DNA of 64,000 bases from Rhizophagus irregularis (lineage: Eukaryota), in NCBI RefSeq assembly GCF_026210795.1, contig NC_089429.1:2728001-2792000 (forward strand), given 5' to 3'. The first letter of the stretch is position 1. Each line of letters begins with the position of its first letter. A program made the position numbers and the translations under genes. The notes below the pieces were generated by a model. That model did not search any database and was not told the origin of the DNA. It saw nothing but the letters and a program-made list of their open reading frames with translations. This document shows positions 41,089 to 54,726 of this stretch, in pieces.

Positions 41089-42331
41089 AGATCTATATTT
41101 TTTTATTTATTTGTTTTTTTTTAAAAAAAGTATACATTATTTATCTTTAATTTTTTTTATTACAGTAATATAAATCAAGCACCTACACCAACAAATACGC
41201 AAATTTCAATATCTCAAGAGAATCCATCATTTTTATCCAACTACTTGAAGTAGCCTATTGAGAAGAAGTTTCGTTACATTTTACTACAGCCACCACTTCA
41301 AAATATAAATCAGAGTAAGTTAATTTTACCTTTATTTATTTTCTTTATCTCCTGCATCAATATGTCGCATTTGAATTTCTCATGGAGTATTATTTATTAA
41401 ATAATACAACTGACGGTTTTCAAATTTCATTATATCATGTACTACAGGTTTTTTTTAATTTTGCCACCCATAGTTGTTCTGCCAAAAAATAATCTAACCT
41501 AAAATTAAAATAATTAAATGTATAAATAATAATAATAGATAATTAGCCAATATAAACAGCTTAAAAATAAATAATAAATAAATAAATAAATGTAACGTAC
41601 CTGATTATAGTTTTTTTTTCAATACTTGAAGTAGAAAAAAGTTAATTTTTATCCTTTAGATTTTGCAAAAATTCTGGGATGTACTGGAAAAAAATATGCA
41701 TATAAGGAGTAACATCCTCTTTTCTATATAAACCTGGTATTTGTGATAATGAATTTAATTGTTCTTGACTTGGCCAATAAAATAATTTAATCCATTGCTT
41801 TGCTTTATTTTCAAAATTATCAATTTCAGAATTCGTTAGGTTAGGACTTTGTAAAACTAAGTATAATTCATAAAAATTATGCTATAGTTTTTGAATATCT
41901 TCACCGCATTAGGAAAATATTGCAGAACCTTTTTCTTGTCAGGTCCCATTAATGAAGTCCAATTCTACTTGCCACTATTTGATCTTGATTTAAAAAATTC
42001 AAAATGAACTTTAAATGATTTCATGGTTTGTTCAATTTGATTTTTAATTTCTCGTTCAAATTCCCTTTTTTTAAACAAATCATTGAAAAAGCATTCCATT
42101 AATACATCAGAAATACGTAATAATAGATGTAACAGGATCCTGAACAATATATATAAAGGTAGGTTTTGAGTTTAACCAACATATAAAAATTTTTCCTATG
42201 TAAAATTTATTATTGCTTATTTGATAACATAATTTTTAAATAGTCAGATATAATTATGCGTAGCAGAGTATTAAATTATTAATAGTCAGATATATATTTG
42301 CATAGCAGGATAGATTTTTTTAATATATATA

Positions 42332-42831
42332 TATTGTGCCTCAGATCAATTCTTGCCTCAGATTGAAGCTCACGCACCTCACATTGAGATTGTCACCTGA
42401 CACACCTCATTTGAATCATTCAATAAAGTCTGTTATAAAGTAAACTTTTTTTCTCATTAATTAAACCACTTTTTGTAACATAAACAAACTTGTGCACCAT
42501 AATGAGTTACATGTTTCCTGAAATATTTATGTAAATCCGATTTATATTGAAGTTTATATTTATGTTTTATCTGAAAAATAATTAAATTTTAAGTCATTTT
42601 TCAAATGAAAAGATTTAATAAGTATGATTCCAATTAATCTGAAATTATAGGATTGTATACTTAAAATAATGATAAATAAGTTTACTTAGTACTTAAAAAT
42701 ACATTAAAATTGGAAATTTTGATGTTTAATTATAGCTCATTTTTATTAGCAATTGAGGTACGTCAGATGACAATCTCAATGTGAGATGCGTAAACTTCAA
42801 TCTGAGGCAAGAATCAATCTGAGGCACAACA
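42332..42831. mobile_element. Ginger-like (TGT..ACA) MITE in a TA tract
   Basis: ~80-bp TIR T(A/G)TTGTGCCTCAGAT..; TATA flanks. Confidence 0.75.
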
Positions 42832-43477
42832 TATATATAATATAATATCTGATATATATTTACATTTTTCACATTAAAAAAAATTAATAAAATATATAAA
42901 CAAAGTTATAAATATATTTGTGTAAAAAAAAGTTACTATTTTTAATACAAAGAATAAGTTAATTGTATACGTAATATAGGAATCATTTTGAGACGTAATT
43001 GTGTAATGTGTTTTTGATAAAACAAATACGTGTCCACGTAACAGTAAAATTATAAATCATATACGTGTTCATGTAACAATAAAAAAATATATATTGAAAA
43101 TGAAAGCAATAGGTGGATGGGAAGGGAAAAATAAGTGGTTTTCTGTTTTTTTATAATTTTACACTATAATTTTTGTAATAATCAATAAAAGTTATTTCAT
43201 TTTTACTTAGAAAATTTTTTAAAAATATTTTTTTTAACAAATTTCACAGTAAATTTTAAAAATAAAAATTCCACGTATTGGTGGCATTACAAAAAACATG
43301 AATAAATCCATAAATATCTATTCAATCATAATAAATATTTATATATATAAGTAGATTCGAACCTGCTGAACAACTTTACTTAAGACAGTTTCAGATGTTT
43401 CCTTTGACTAAAGTGCTTAAATTACGCTCTGAAGTTACAGAACAAATATACGAAATATTAATAAAAAACATTTATAA

Positions 43478-43686
43478 AAGAATGGCCAGAAATGATGTCA
43501 TTTCCTTAGGGGGGAAGGGTTAAGACCATGATGATGTTACACACCTTCCATTTTTAGACACTTGTAGTTAATATAATTCTAGCCAGAATTGTGTTTTAAT
43601 TTTACATTTCCTAAAATGAATGATGATATAAAGAGAGAGAGGTCAAAAATCCTAAAATTTAAATTACGTCATTTCTGGCCATTCTC
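43478..43686. mobile_element. PIF/Harbinger-type MITE
   Basis: TIR (A/G)AGAATGGCCAGAAATGA(C/T)GT; TAA TSD on both sides. Confidence 0.8.
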
Positions 43687-44716
43687 TAAGTTGTAATATT
43701 ACAAAAAAATAATAATAGCTTTATCTATACATTATTTCAAAAATTTTTGTTTTTTTAGTTTTTTTTATATACATATTTTATAAAAAAAATTATATATAAA
43801 TATATATATGTTATAAAATAAATTGCTTAGCAGTGTAAAAAATTTATGGGTTAGATAAAAGTTTGCTTAGCAGATATGAAAAATATTTGCTTATTGACCT
43901 TAGTAAATTTTGAATTTTTAACTGACCTATATATATATTGTTTGGGGTCCTGATGTAACTCATCTGGAATGTAATTTTCTTGTTTAATAATAGGAAATAG
44001 CAATGGTTTTTTTTGACCTGTGAAAATTTTAAGATTAATTCGAATTTTTACATAATTATTTTTATAAATTTACACTTACACTTTGTGTTTTTATAAATTG
44101 GCCAGTATAAATCCATGTTCTAACGAACACTTGCCTCATAATCGCAAAATAGACAAAAATATTTTGAATTCAGTGCACCTAATCCCATTATATTGTACAT
44201 AAACTTCCAGTCAGCTGAAAAAAAAAACTCAATTAGCCAGTGCATACCGCTAATGGAAATCCCATTTTCTTGAAGATCTTGAAGTTGATATTTAAATAGA
44301 TTTCCAACTTTGGCTAATGTTTCGTTTCTTTCTTTACTTATATATAAACAAAAACTGATTTTTTATTATTTAGTAAATGTTCCAAAAAGAATTTATAAAT
44401 TATATTACTTATACTAATGATCAGGTTTTAACACATTGCCTTTTTCATTAATAAACACACAGTCATCATAACATGATTCTGTTTACAACCCACATTTCTT
44501 CCATCTCCACCAAGTTTCAAATTAATTGTATTTCCTGGTTAAAGAATTGGTGGGTTTGAACTATTCCAAATAAGAATAAGTATTTGAAGGAGATTTCTAA
44601 TAGATCAATAAACACCATTACTAATTTCTTGTTCATCAACTATAATTTCATCAGGATTACCTTGATGTTCTTCATCATCAAATATAAGTTGTTGATTAAA
44701 TTCTTTATCAGGATTA

Positions 44717-44916
44717 TACAGGTCAAAATGCTAAAAATTAGCAAAAAAAATGGCGCGAAAAGCAGTGGCTATTCTTGGCTATTTATGACTATTTATGGCT
44801 GTTTTTGGCTATTTGCGAATTAACTTATACTATTTGCAAATAGTTTATACAAATTTGCAAATAGTTTATGCAATTTGCGCCATTTTTTTTGCCTGTTTTT
44901 GGTCATTTGACGTGTG
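44717..44916. mobile_element. CACTA/CMC-type MITE inserted in the transposase
   Basis: Imperfect ~45-bp TIR (T/C)ACA(G/C)GTCAAA..AAAAATGGCGC; 3-bp TSD TTA; terminus resembles that of 3227-3688. Confidence 0.75.
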
Positions 44917-45198
44917 TTAATTGTTCCAATAGGTATTTGTTCATTAATCAATTTTGTAATCTTTATTCTCCTTTGTGCAACTTGATATTCACGTATTAAT
45001 CGTGCTTCTACAGAAGCAAGCCTTCGATATCCATCACGGCCTAATAAAGCTTCATCACATGCGCGTACATAGGCATTTAATTTTATATAATTTAATGATA
45101 AGTTGTATTTTATATTAATAATATGTTCTTCATATTCCAATTCCATATTACGTAAGTGAATTGGTTCTCTAAATTCTGAAAACATCCGATGTTATAAA

Positions 45199-46569
45199 CA
45201 CTAGTTGAAATAGTCCAAATCAAATAGAAATCGATCATCTGATTTTAATCTGATTTATAACTCAATTTTGACCAATTTTTTTAAAAAGGCAATATTCCAT
45301 TTGGATTCCGAGTGGTTGCCACTCAGATATAATTCAGAATAAGAAATCAGATATAAATCGGATATAAATTAACAAATACTACTAAATTCGACACTATTAA
45401 TTAGACATAAATCAACTAAATTTATTATATAAATCAGATATAAATCAGATATAATTCAATTACAATTCAATTTATAAATTCAGATATACTATAAAATATA
45501 TTATAATACGTAAAACTAAAAAAATAGAGTAAATAAATTCATATATGCTATAAAATATAATATAATATAATACACAAAACTAAAAAAAGAGTAAAATTAA
45601 TTCAGATATGTAATAAAACATACTATAATACGCAAAACTAAAAAAAAGAATAAATTAGTAATAAAATAGAATTCTGAAATTCCAACCATTAATCTTCTTG
45701 CATAAAACTTTCTGATTTATCCGCTTTATCTTCCAAAATTGCATCTAAATCTTCATCATCAATATTTAAATCGTCTGTATATTCTGTATCATATACCATA
45801 TCTGGTTGATCAACATATGACCAATCGGAAGCATCATCCAGTGGTACTTTATCATAGCATTATATCTTGTCATTATAGTTCTGAGATCACAATTGCTGCG
45901 CCGTTTGTCCCACTCTTAAATGTTTATCGAGAACATTTCTTAATAAAAGTCTCAATTAAAATGTAAAAATAAATAAAATCGGAAAATGTAAAAATAAGTA
46001 AAATCAGAATTAGTAAAAATTTATAGCAAAATAAATTATCAAGATAAAATAAGTAATCTCTTCTGAGCGTTACGATAGATCATAAACATTAATGACTGAT
46101 TTTGAACCTTCATCTTTAGTTTCACTCACTTCTGGTGAATGATATGCACAATTTGCCAGAATTTTTAACAGATCCCGTTTTCCATAACTCGTAATTTGGC
46201 TATCCTTTTATTAAAGAGATATTTTGCAGCCTTTATCCTTCGCAATTTTTTCTGATTGATAAATTTAAAATGAATTAATATGGATTATTAATTTGCCGCT
46301 GGATTACATTACATACATCATTTAATCTATTATTGGCATGAACTTGTCAATTGTCCATGCTTTCTTTGCCGGATATCCTCAAACTTAACTTAGATCGTTG
46401 AGATTTATGTAGGCTACTTAACCACCTTGTTACCTGATTAATGGATGGTTGATAATTCAGGAATTAATTTGAGTCGAATTTTAATGTTTTTTGCACTGTT
46501 AAACATTTCATTGTAGTTTAAGTTATATTTCTCATTAAGTGTTTTTAAGATTGATTTCATTTCAATCTA
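45199..46569 (-). mobile_element. Left end of an older CACTA element with accessory-gene remnant
   Basis: Starts CACTAG; many AAATCAGATAT subterminal repeats; minus-strand SPEVSETKDEG..VYDLS*RSEE|LLRNVLD remnant truncated at 46569. Confidence 0.6.
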
Positions 46570-47341
46570 CCCAGTAAGAAAAATCGCATACTGAAAATAT
46601 ACTGAAAATATACTGAATTTTAAGAATATTTAACTATATAATCATGTATATTATAAGTATAAATTAAATATAATTTTAGTATATTTTATGTAAGATATTT
46701 ATATCCATAAATAATGCTAAAATTATGTTTAAATATACTGTATTTAATATGTAAAAAGCTCATAAAACACCCTTAAATTTTGCCTCTTTAAGTATATTTT
46801 AAGTGCAAATTTTATGTCATTAATTTCTACTTAATTTCAGGATAATTTTATTTCGTGTTATTATATATATTTAAGTATATTTAAAGCCCATTTTCAGTGT
46901 ATTATAAATATGATTCAATTGTATTTTGCATATATTTTAATAATATTTCAATTAGAAATAACATATATTTTTAGTAGTTTTAAAGGTCAATTTAGTTCAA
47001 ATAAAATAATATTTTATGTATCTTTTAATTAAAAATAGCATACATTTTTACTTGCATTAAAGATTATTTTAATTACATTTTTACATTTGATAATAATGAT
47101 ATTTTTAGTATATAAATACAATATCGATATGGTTTGATTATATTTCAATAATAATTCGTGTACATTTTAAAGGCTATGCTAATAACCAATGATACAAATA
47201 ATTTCTATAGTAAAGTAAAATGTTTAATTTCATATTTCTGAAACTATATAAAACGAAAATAAATAAAGAATAAAATAAATAAAGAAAAGAAGATACAGTT
47301 AGGAAAACTTATTTTTCATACCCATTACACAATAACTCGGA

Positions 47342-47838
47342 GACCCATTTAATTTAATGTACTTATTAAAGAGGGGAAAAAGTTATATTAGTAATTTAGT
47401 TATTTAATTTTAAATCCAATACAATAAAGTTTGATGCATACCTGTTTAATAAACATAATTTTTAAGTAAAAAATACTTATACATGTCTACAATTAACACC
47501 TCGACACGGACCTATTTAATTTAATGTACTTGTTAAAGAGGGGAAAAAGTTATATTAGTAATTTAGTTATTTAATTTTAAATCCAATACAATAAAGTTTG
47601 ATGCATACCTGTTTAATAAACATAATTTTTAAGTAAAAAATACTTATACACGTCTACAATTAACACCTCGACACGGACCTATTTAATTTAATGTACTTGT
47701 TAAAGAGGGGAAAAAGGTATATTAGTAATTTAATTATTTAATTTTAAATCCAATACAATAAAGTTTGATGCATACCTGTTAATAAACATAAAAAAATACT
47801 TATACACGTCTACATTCTACAGTTAACACCTGACACGG
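47342..47838. repeat. Three tandem ~167-bp units
   Basis: AAAGAGGGGAAAAA at 47368, 47535 and 47702. Confidence 0.9.
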
Positions 47839-48368
47839 CTACATTAAAATAGAAAAAATAAAAGAATCAGTTAATATTAATTTCGACAGTAACTAACTAT
47901 TGGATAATTGATATTGTGGTGGAAAATTTATGTATTCATACCGTCTCTCCCTGTAATATAGTCAGCTTCTCTTCTAAGTAGGATTAATTAAAACTTTCTA
48001 ATTCCAGAAATTCAAGGTTTTGTATCTTGTATCCTTTATTCCTGGTAAAATATTTTTCGTCAGTAAGTTTATAAATAATATAGACTTATTACCAGAATAA
48101 CATAGACTTATTACCAATATTTTATCAGAAAAGAGAAAAGTAAAATAAAAAAACAGTGAAATGTTTTGCTTATAATAGGTATTTCATCTATTTCATCATC
48201 GCTTATCCGTGTTTAACTATTTTTAGATACAAATAAAGTTAATGGGATAATCTTATTCATGTTTAGCTATTTTTAGAAATTAATCAATATACAACAAATA
48301 TTCTTAATTATCGGGTTTTTTACTAGAACATAAAAAGTTTTATTATAAGTGCGAACTGCTGCAAGAAA

Positions 48369-51300
48369 TCAATGCCCAATATTTTCCCAATTAGAGTCAT
48401 CAAATGCATTTTCTTTATCAATTATATAATATCTATTATCTATTTTAGCAAAACCTATACAATGATCTAAACATCTTACATCGATAAATTCTTTTGATCT
48501 GAATTGAGTAAAATGTTTACATCCATATTCATCTTCTACAATTTTTGATGTTAATTGTACATAGGCTAACATGTAAACCTGATGGTTGAATTCATGGACA
48601 AGATAATAATTTACGATTCCATATATATCTACAATAACGAGTTGAGGAGGCGCATTGGGTCCGTGGGCAAGTTTATCTATTGTGCGTCTTATCTAAAAAT
48701 ATTTATAAATAAAATATAAAATCAATATTAAAATTATATCAAAAAAATAAAAAAATAGCAATGATAGTAATCAAAGATTATAAATTTTACCTGAAGCACA
48801 ATAATTATTTCTTGCAATTTTATTATTTCTTTTTATACAACAGCTACTAATATATTGTCCATCTGAAGTTCTTAATCTTCCATATCTTACACCATAATTA
48901 TTAACCTCCTAAAAAACGAAATTATTTTGTTATTGTAATGATGAATTTAAAATTAAATAAAATAAAGCTTTATATTACCATTTCTAAATCATTACGATTT
49001 ATATTGCTTGATCCTTCGTAAAATTTAATCAGATGTTTGTGTTCTTGGCTTGCAGAGAATATTGAGTAGAAGGGGAATAAAATTCTTCTTCATACCCTTC
49101 AGTACTAAAGACCCGTTCCTTACTCCATTGTTTTAGCGGGTTTTCTTTGAAAATAGCTTTTGAGATAGAAAAAAATGGTAACATATAAAATTGCTGTAAC
49201 AAAGTAAGCATATTTGCAAGGTTGCTATATGGCTTGATCTTTGATTTAATGAGTGGTTGTAATATACCACACACCCTTTCCATAGGAAACTGCCAATGGG
49301 TTCAACTAGGGCCACAATATTTAATAGAATTTGCTACATGTAAGAGGTAATGGAAACTTATCTTACATGCTGCTAAACGTCGGGCTATTGTTCGATAATA
49401 CTCTCTAAAATAATTAATCATTATTTTAATTATTATACAATTATAAATTATAAGACAGAAATCATTACCTTTCATAATAATCTGAAAATTTTTTAAGCAA
49501 AATTTGTACATCATCAATTTGTTCTTCAGATATTTCAGGTTCTAAACAAAGCTTTACAGACTTCACAAAGTTTGCCCATCCTTGAAGATGCCTATTATGT
49601 AACGAAAAGTAAAATTTACTTTTTGATTAGTTAAAAAAATTTAAAAATGTATTAATTTAACTTTTTACTTTTTATTAAAATACCTTTTATCCAGATACAT
49701 CTTTAGTAATGGTAATGAAAATAAAATTATCCAATTTCTCCATTCTACCGCTTTGTAACCATTATGATATTTAAATATGTCACGTGGAGGGCGACCAATT
49801 TCAATAGGCATATTTTTTTTTACTTTTTCCATTTGTATGCCAATACTTTCCCACTGTGATTTTGATAACTCATAATCACTAGACAATAATAGATTGTTAT
49901 AAAAAAATTTTCCACTCCAATGTGCATTGACGTGCGCCATTCTCGAAGAATAAATGCATTATATCTGTTGGGAAAGACCATGGAAATAATAATGTTTGTA
50001 ATTTTAACAATTCACTGGACCCTTTAATTCCTGTATAGTAAAGTAATAATAATTAATACAGAGATGTAAGTATACTTTTACTTTTTTTCTCAAGAAAATC
50101 ATACCTGTTTCTCTGATCATTTCATCTTTTCGATCTTTATTCGTTTCTTCTTCAATTAATTTTCCCATATTGATCGTGTCATCATGATTTCTTATATTGC
50201 AAAAAGCAGATGATGGATAGTATATGTGTTTATTTGATGGGTGACAAGTCCCTTTTATCATACAAAAACGACAACCTTTATACGAATTGTGTCCAGAGAG
50301 GTTTAAGCTTTTGCTTAACGCTGGAACATCCCCCGTCCATGTTAATAAATGTGCGCGTAAAATAAAAGGTTCATTTGTTCGTCCATCTATACATTGAACT
50401 CCTTCTATAATATTTAACAAAATAAAATTTCAATTATAGAAAAAATACATTTTTATTAGATATTAAAATTAGCTATACCTTCAAGTTCTTGTAATTCTTT
50501 TATAAGAGGGCATAAAAAAGAATTAAAATTCTTTGGCGAACGGGGACCTGGTATTATCATTGTTACCAGTAGATTTTCTTTTTTTACACGAATAGAAGGA
50601 TGAAGATTATTATTTATTAATAAGATGACCCAACAATCATCGGTTCGTTGTTCAAAGATCTGATATCCATCACATGTCCCGGATAGTGCAATATCCCGTT
50701 CATCTTTAAAAAAACCCCTTTGTAATAAATCCTTATATAACCTATTGAAAGAAACATATTTTAATGGCCTTTTTTTTAAAAAAAAAATTTACTTTAGTAA
50801 TTAAATTATACTCACAATCCATCAAAGATATCAGCATATATTTCCTCCTCTCCTTTGTTTTGGGAATAATTACTTCTATATTGTAATTCTTCGGCTCTTT
50901 CTTTATTCTTGTATTGAATTATTAGGCGTTCTTTTACCGAAAAAAAAAATGTTGTATTTACAGGTTTGCCATTATCATCAAATCTGTTTTCACCACAAAT
51001 AGGGCAACTGGCTAAATTTTCATATGATGATGTAAATGCAATACAACTGTTTTTGCAAGTATCGTATCCATGAGGTTCAAAAGGAACTATGCTATTGATT
51101 TTTTTTTCAACTTATAGATTGCTAAATTAGAATTAACATTATCAAGTATTTTGTTGAATGCGATGTCAGATATTGAATGGAGTACTTTTGTATGTAAAAG
51201 ACGTAAACCTTGAATCAATTCATCTAAAATAAATAAATATTATTATTCTATCAAAATTAAAATCAATAAACATAGTATTAACTGTACTATCGTTTATGTT

Positions 51301-51972
51301 TGTCATTTCAGATTCCTCAAATTCTTTATCATCATCTGTTAATTCATCATTCTCTTCAGAAATATATGCACTTGTTTGCGAACAATCACTTTCAGTTTCT
51401 ATGTCTCCTTTATCATCTTCTTCATCACAATCTTTATTATCAAGACTTTGCCTATCACTATTCTTATCGTAATCTTCGTTATTAGGAATTGGATTACCAT
51501 TATTATAATCTTCGTTGTCAAGAAATGGCTCATCGCTATCATCATCATCATAATCTTCTGATCTGCAATTAACATGATTTTGATGATTATTAAAGTATTA
51601 TTATAACAATAATGTTTAATAAAAGTAAAATTTACTTTTTTTTATAAAACAATTAATTAATTACCTTTTTGGTATGTCTTTTAAAATTACAGGAACATGA
51701 TCGTTATTTGAAATATTGCTTTCTGAACTTGTATCTGATTTATCCGATTCATCGTCTTCGAACTTTTTTTTTTCAGCTGCGTTACAACTTGAAATTGATT
51801 CACTATCGCTTTTTGTTTCTGATCCGCTTTCTGCTTCAGATTCATTAATTTTTTCAATATTTGCTTTTTCTCTTTTTTGATGTTTTTTAAAAGTTTTTCT
51901 AGTAGACAACCACTTTCCGTTACCATCTTTAGAATTTATTTTACAAATACGACAAGAACAAAGAAATGGCAT
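48369..51972 (-). pseudogene. CACTA/EnSpm (Tnp2, Transposase_21-type) transposase, multi-exon, disrupted
   Basis: YDTCKNSCIAF..CPICGENRF, YADIFDG, GTCDGYQIF, IIPGPRSPKNFNSFL, TGDVPALSKSL..GHNSYKGCRFC, DIMH, GYKAVEW, HYLLH, WQFPMER; in-frame TGA at ~49302 and frameshifts. Confidence 0.9.
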
Positions 51973-52145
51973 TTTGAAACGTGATAGAATTTATGTAATG
52001 ATATATTTTTATAAACAATCACATAGTTTGTATTACATGATTGTATTAAATTTACGCATTAAAGTTAGAGGTTGTGTTACAAGATTGTGTATCGTTATTA
52101 GAGATGATATAATAATGACAATATTCGTAATAATTATACTGATTG

Positions 52146-52310
52146 TATTATGAGCAATGGTTCACACAAAGCCATACTAATTGTTCAAAGCCTATTATGA
52201 GCAACGGTTCATATAAAAGCCATAATAATTGTTCAAAGCCTATTATGAGCAACGGTTCATATAAAGCCATACTAATTGTATTAAGAGATTGTGTTATGAG
52301 CAACGCTCGT
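52146..52310. repeat. 47-48 bp tandem repeat (3 copies + partial) between the divergent TE genes
   Basis: TATTATGAGCAA(C/T)GGTTCA.. at 52146, 52193 and 52241. Confidence 0.88.
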
Positions 52311-52884
52311 ACTGATGACCGATAAATTGAATCATTATATTTTATGTATTATTATCAATGAAGTTAATTTAACCGTGTTAATACTGACAAGAATGTAGTC
52401 CTAATACTTGTAATAATCTTTCATTAATAATTTCATAATATAATTTTCATGATATTTTTTTTCTTTATGACACCAACACTACAGTGAAATGCAAAAGTTA
52501 TATTTAAAGGTATAAACTCCTTCTCACCAATTGTTCGCAAGGCTCTCAATCAGTCAGAACCTAAAATAAAGTTATATCGGTTATTAGACATGTTTGATAC
52601 TGGTCTCCTTAGTGTCCTCGAGCTGGGCTTTGATGCATAAACGAGTCGTAATATATTATTGCACAGGGGTAATGAGTCAGTTTTTGGAGAGGCACTTTGT
52701 TAGACCATCAGGACAGAAAATCAGAAAATGGTGTCGAACAACTATAAATGGTATTTCGCGATCAATAAAAAATAAAAATAAACAACGCGTCAGTCGCGTC
52801 ACGTTTAAGTATAAAGTATAAATACATGCTATCTTTAGTGATTCTTCATTTCTTTACGCATTTTTTTAAAAAAATTTAAAAAAA

Positions 52885-53830
52885 ATGGAACAAACACCCG
52901 AAACTGAGGTATAAAAGTAAAAATATAAAAATATTTTTAATAATCTATAATCAAAAATTCTTACTTTATTACTATATTATAGCTCAGTCATATATAAGCC
53001 TACGTCTAAATATAATTTACAAGATGCGTTAGGATTAAAAAATGAAAAGCAACGCTGGCTTGCTTATTTGGTAACTATTTATTAATTTTTAATAAAAGAT
53101 AAAAATTGTTTTTTAATAGTAAATTTTTGTAATAGGAGATAATGCGAGAATGTCTCTACGAAAAGAATGTAGATTTTACCGCCGATTATAGGAGTCAAAA
53201 GCATACAATAACTGCACAAATAGTTCGTTCTGTAAATATTAAATTTTAATTTTCGTCATTTCTTTTTTTTTTGAAGTATACTAAAAATTATTATATTATA
53301 GTTTAAAAAAAAGGCTCCTGACTTCCTATAACCGCAGCCGATTGGGCTGTAAAGGAGATGCTTGTTAGTACTATACAAAATAAACGTAAGTTAATAATAA
53401 CTTTATTTATACCTAGTTGGTTTATAGTAGAAATTAATTATTTCATTTTATTTATAATAGGCTATTATCTGAAAAAAAAAAAAATGAATTAGAAAATAAT
53501 TTAAGAGTTCCACCACAAAATTCTCCAGCATTACAGGACCGTCCTCCACCATCTCCTCAAGCACAACAAGATCCTCCTTCTCCAGTTGAGCCTTCTGATG
53601 AACAAGTTCAGATCTGGCCTCCAGTTGAGCCTTCTGATGAACAAGTTCAGATCCGGCCTCCAGAACCACGTACTGATGAACAAGTTCAGGTCCGGCCTCC
53701 AGAACCACGTACTAATGAAAAAGTTCAAAGTGATCCTCCAAAAAGGGTCCGGAAACAACATGTAAATGACAAAGAAAATCAAAATAATGTCCCCAAAAAA
53801 AGAGGAAGAAAAGCAAAATCAAGTAAATAA
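52885..53830 (+). pseudogene. TE accessory (TnpA-like) gene divergent from the transposase; 39-bp repeats in the last exon
   Basis: Exons read KYNLQDALGL..WLAYL|EIMRECL..VDFTADYRSQK..|FKKKAPDF/ITAADWAVKEML..NKR; 4x39-bp PPVEPSDEQVQI repeats (53580-53735); ends KKRGRKAKSSK*; frameshifts. Confidence 0.65.
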
Positions 53831-54218
53831 ATAAACTTGATCTCGGAGATGACAATTTCTTCGTTCTTGTATAAAACGAATCATACATAGTTTTGACTTA
53901 ATTAGTTCAATAAATCTTGTTATGATAAACTATTGGTTAATTCATCTTCTCATACACTATATCAGTATTCGGCATTTCATTCGAATTAAATTAAAAATTT
54001 GAAGACGTTTAGATTACCTCCGCATAAATAATTTGAATTGTGTAACGCGTAATTTGTCCACGCCTCATTACGCAATGTTTAATTGTTCTAATCATTAATA
54101 AATAATCTACACACTATAAATTACTTTGATAAGAAATTTTACACATTTAATCTTTTTTGTTCTAAAAAATCGCTTAAATCTTATAAATACCTTTCCCTTC
54201 AATTATGATAACTTACAA

Positions 54219-54726
54219 ATGAAGATGGTTCACAAAAGAAGTCAAAATAAATTACAAGAACGAAAAAATAAATCCTTTTCGAATAATAAAAGAAAAAGAG
54301 ATAAGGTGAGTGAACACTTGAGAACCGCCTAGAGTGGTTACTAGGTTCGCCCGTAGTTTTTCAGATCTTTTAGATAGCTTTTTTTATTTTTTTTCTTCTA
54401 TTTTTTATTTTTTTATTTTTTTATTTTTTTTTGGAGGGTTTAATAAAAGATGGAGTATATAATTGTATTCGGTTGTTATCTGGTTTCTAATTAAAAAATT
54501 GGTTTAGGTCAACTCTTTAAACGAAACAATTGAAAATAAAGATAAAGGTAATTATAAATTATTATTGTATAAATAATATATATCAATTACTAACATTTAT
54601 TTAGAAATTACACAATTAAAACGGCAAAAAACATTTGCCGTTGAATTATATCAACAAAAGTTAAACCAAATAATAGAAATAGAAAATAAATTAGAAAATA
54701 ATTGCAAATGTATAGAAAATGAATAA
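54219..54726 (+). CDS. Small basic + coiled-coil (bZIP-like) protein, 3 exons, ~82 aa
   Basis: Exons 54219-54305, 54508-54547, 54605-54726 splice in frame: MKMVHKRSQNKLQERKNKSFSNNKRKRDKVNSLNETIENKDKEITQLKRQKTFAVELYQQKLNQIIEIENKLENNCKCIENE*. Confidence 0.6.

Larger units (their letters stand above)
42134..43951. mobile_element. 1.8-kb non-autonomous TIR element inserted in the transposase
   Basis: ~27-bp TIR AGGA(T/C)CC..AACAATATATATA; duplicated GATGTAAC (42126-42133, 43952-43959); removal restores P-D-E-L-H-L-L. Confidence 0.85.
41335..45190 (-). pseudogene. RAG1/Transib-like DDE transposase pseudogene, interrupted by insertions
   Basis: In order: LKLGGDGR (~44510), ADWKFMYNIMGLGALNSKYFCLFCD (~44140-44215), PDELH|LLLRISD, WTSLMGPD, VTPYMHI, FSTSSIEKKN; collinear with RAG1 KESCDG, GYDEK..ICTLCD, LHCDI, ITNYFHK, SEGNESGN. 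Confidence 0.75.

Noticed and set aside
53448..53782. Repetitive minus-strand ORFs
   Set aside because: Antisense of the 39-bp repeat exon; splice sites favour the plus strand.
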